Source: Octopus sinensis (taxonomy: Eukaryota). Taken from it: a stretch of 64,000 nt of DNA. The stretch lies in assembly GCF_006345805.1 (NCBI RefSeq), contig NC_043021.1, forward strand, positions 5,332,001 through 5,396,000, given 5' to 3'. Positions 61,981 to 64,000 of this stretch are shown piece by piece; position 1 is the stretch's first letter; every line of letters begins with the position of its first letter. The translations under genes were made by a program, and so were the position numbers. Under the pieces are notes generated by a model. The model ran no database searches and was not told the DNA's origin. It saw only the letters and a program-made list of their open reading frames with translations.

Positions 61981-64000
61981 CCTCTGTGCATATGGAAAGT
62001 ATTAATATTTGTGCGTGTGTCTGTGTATATATATATCTGTGTGCATGTATATAAGTATATGTATGTATACATCTGTACATTATATAAGTATACACACATA
62101 TATGTATAAGTGTGTGTGTAAAAAGGGGAGAGGTAGATACACGCTGTATGTTCGCGTAAGGGTATTAAGTTACAATATTTCAACTTGTATCTTTAACAAT
62201 GCATGCGTATATATGGGCATATAGATGCATGTCACTCCTTAATACCTAAAACATGCTAATATCTACCTATAGTTTGTAAACTCTCTTACTTCAGATCCCT
62301 CCCTCTGTCTGTCTTTCCCATGCACACACACACACACCTTTGGTTCTACAAGCGTTAAAAGAAATTATTCACGTACTCATACATATATCTGAATTCATAA
62401 GTGAAAGTTAAAACATTTCACTTGGTCGTTTTTTGTTTTGTTTTTTGGTACCCTGAGAAAAGTCCTTGGAAATGTGAACTCAGAGTAGCAACCAAACTAA
62501 GTTTTTATCTTCACACACACAGACACACACAAAGAGCAGAAGAGTACCTCTTTTTTCGTCGAGGTATTTCAAACAGGGAAATGACATGCTAACCTGAGCA
62601 ATCACAATTAGATGTCAAAGATGTGTGTATATGTGTATGTACATCTATCTGTGTGTGTGTGTAGCTATGGCCAAGCGCATATATACACGCCAAAATTTAA
62701 AAGGAAATGGAACCAGAAGTTCTGATTACGGCATCAGGAAATTAACTTTTAGTTATGAAACCTTGCCTCAAAACATTTTATTGCTCTTTCTCTCAGGTAC
62801 ACATCAGTACAGCAGCGTATGTATGTGTGTGTGTATGTATGTATGTATGTATTTATTTATTTATTTGTGTGTGCATGCATGCACGTACACATATATCCAT
62901 TGTTTACATGAAGGCTACATGTATGGACTGCCTGTGGCTTACAAGCTTCCTACACTGGGGTCCCTAGATACAACAACGTATATACGCACATATCGCTTGG
63001 GGAAACCCCCCCCCCAAAAAAAACCCATCAAATTAATTGAGGCATTTATCGTTCAAAATTTCATCCACAATTGTATAATAATGTAGAATAACGAAGGTAT
63101 AATGTAGTTTAACTGCGATAATTAAGAAAACTATGTCAACGAGCGAATGTATATATATCCGGATGGTTAGTAAGGTAGACTAATAACTGTAGTATTTACA
63201 TAGCTTGATTATTGGGTGGAAGGTCTATTGTTTTTTAATTAAATATCTTCTGATGCTAATTATAGATAATGGAAATTGTTGATCCGATTCATTCAGCGAA
63301 TGGTTAATACTCATTAGTTTGTAGTTTTTTTTTTTAATTTGAAATAATTAAATTATAGTTATATGTACGATATCACCATTCCTACACACCCACGATCGTC
63401 GGCGTGTGTGTAGGTATGTGTTTCTGAAATTAAGCTGGCTTCTAGCCTGACTATATCTTCTGTATATCTGTGTGTGTATACATACATACATACATACATA
63501 CATGTATATACATATGTGCATCCGTGTTCTCTGTTTATATGTACACACACACAGGTGAAAAACAAGGGTGGGGAATAGTACTCGAACAGCAAGGGTAGAG
63601 TAATATACTATTTTATCGAAGCTGGGGAAAAAATCACTAACAAATTGTGAAGTTCATTTCAATAAAGTTTATATATGTAAGTATGTGTGTGTGTAGATAT
63701 GTTTATATTTCTGTGTGCAAATAAAATTTCATATATGTATGCATATATAATTATTTTTAATCGGCAGAGTTTGTGACTCAAGGGTGAAGAGTTTCGTTCA
63801 TAGCACCTAACAAGCTCTGCGCGCTGTCAAGACAGCTGAGGCAAATAATCCCAAGGAATAGATTTCCTGCATACTAAATGTACACACTGTAACGTCTGTA
63901 TGAAATACAGTGAGTATACTATTGCAATTAGTCGATAGAATCTGTTCTGGTTGTTTAAAATAATAATTGAAAAATAAATAAAAGTAGGGGGAGATAACTG

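Overview
AT-rich, repeat-dense animal DNA. The SINE/LINE families and (TA)n/(CA)n load look like an octopod cephalopod (Octopus-like); this is pattern recognition, not a database match. No intact protein-coding gene is present: almost all ORF-track entries are microsatellite translations or retroelement fragments. The window reads as very long intron(s) and/or intergenic DNA with a few candidate small exons and CpG-retaining regulatory patches. It holds at least four tRNA-type SINE families, CR1, RTE and R4/Dong LINE fragments, Gypsy and mariner relics, several MITEs, a 5S rRNA-headed chimeric element and an old ~0.85 kb inverted duplication. The most notable feature is a set of small non-coding elements sitting in (TA)n tracts and carrying type-I hammerhead ribozyme motifs. 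The clearest is a very young fold-back at 50794-51890, made of circularly permuted ~535-bp monomers, each half carrying a canonical hammerhead (Penelope pseudo-LTR/retrozyme-like). A near-perfect 256-bp palindrome with a variant hammerhead (25160-25415) and two copies of a third minimal-hammerhead element lie next to these fold-backs. Several polypyrimidine-AG|GTAAG motifs suggest possible recursive splicing.
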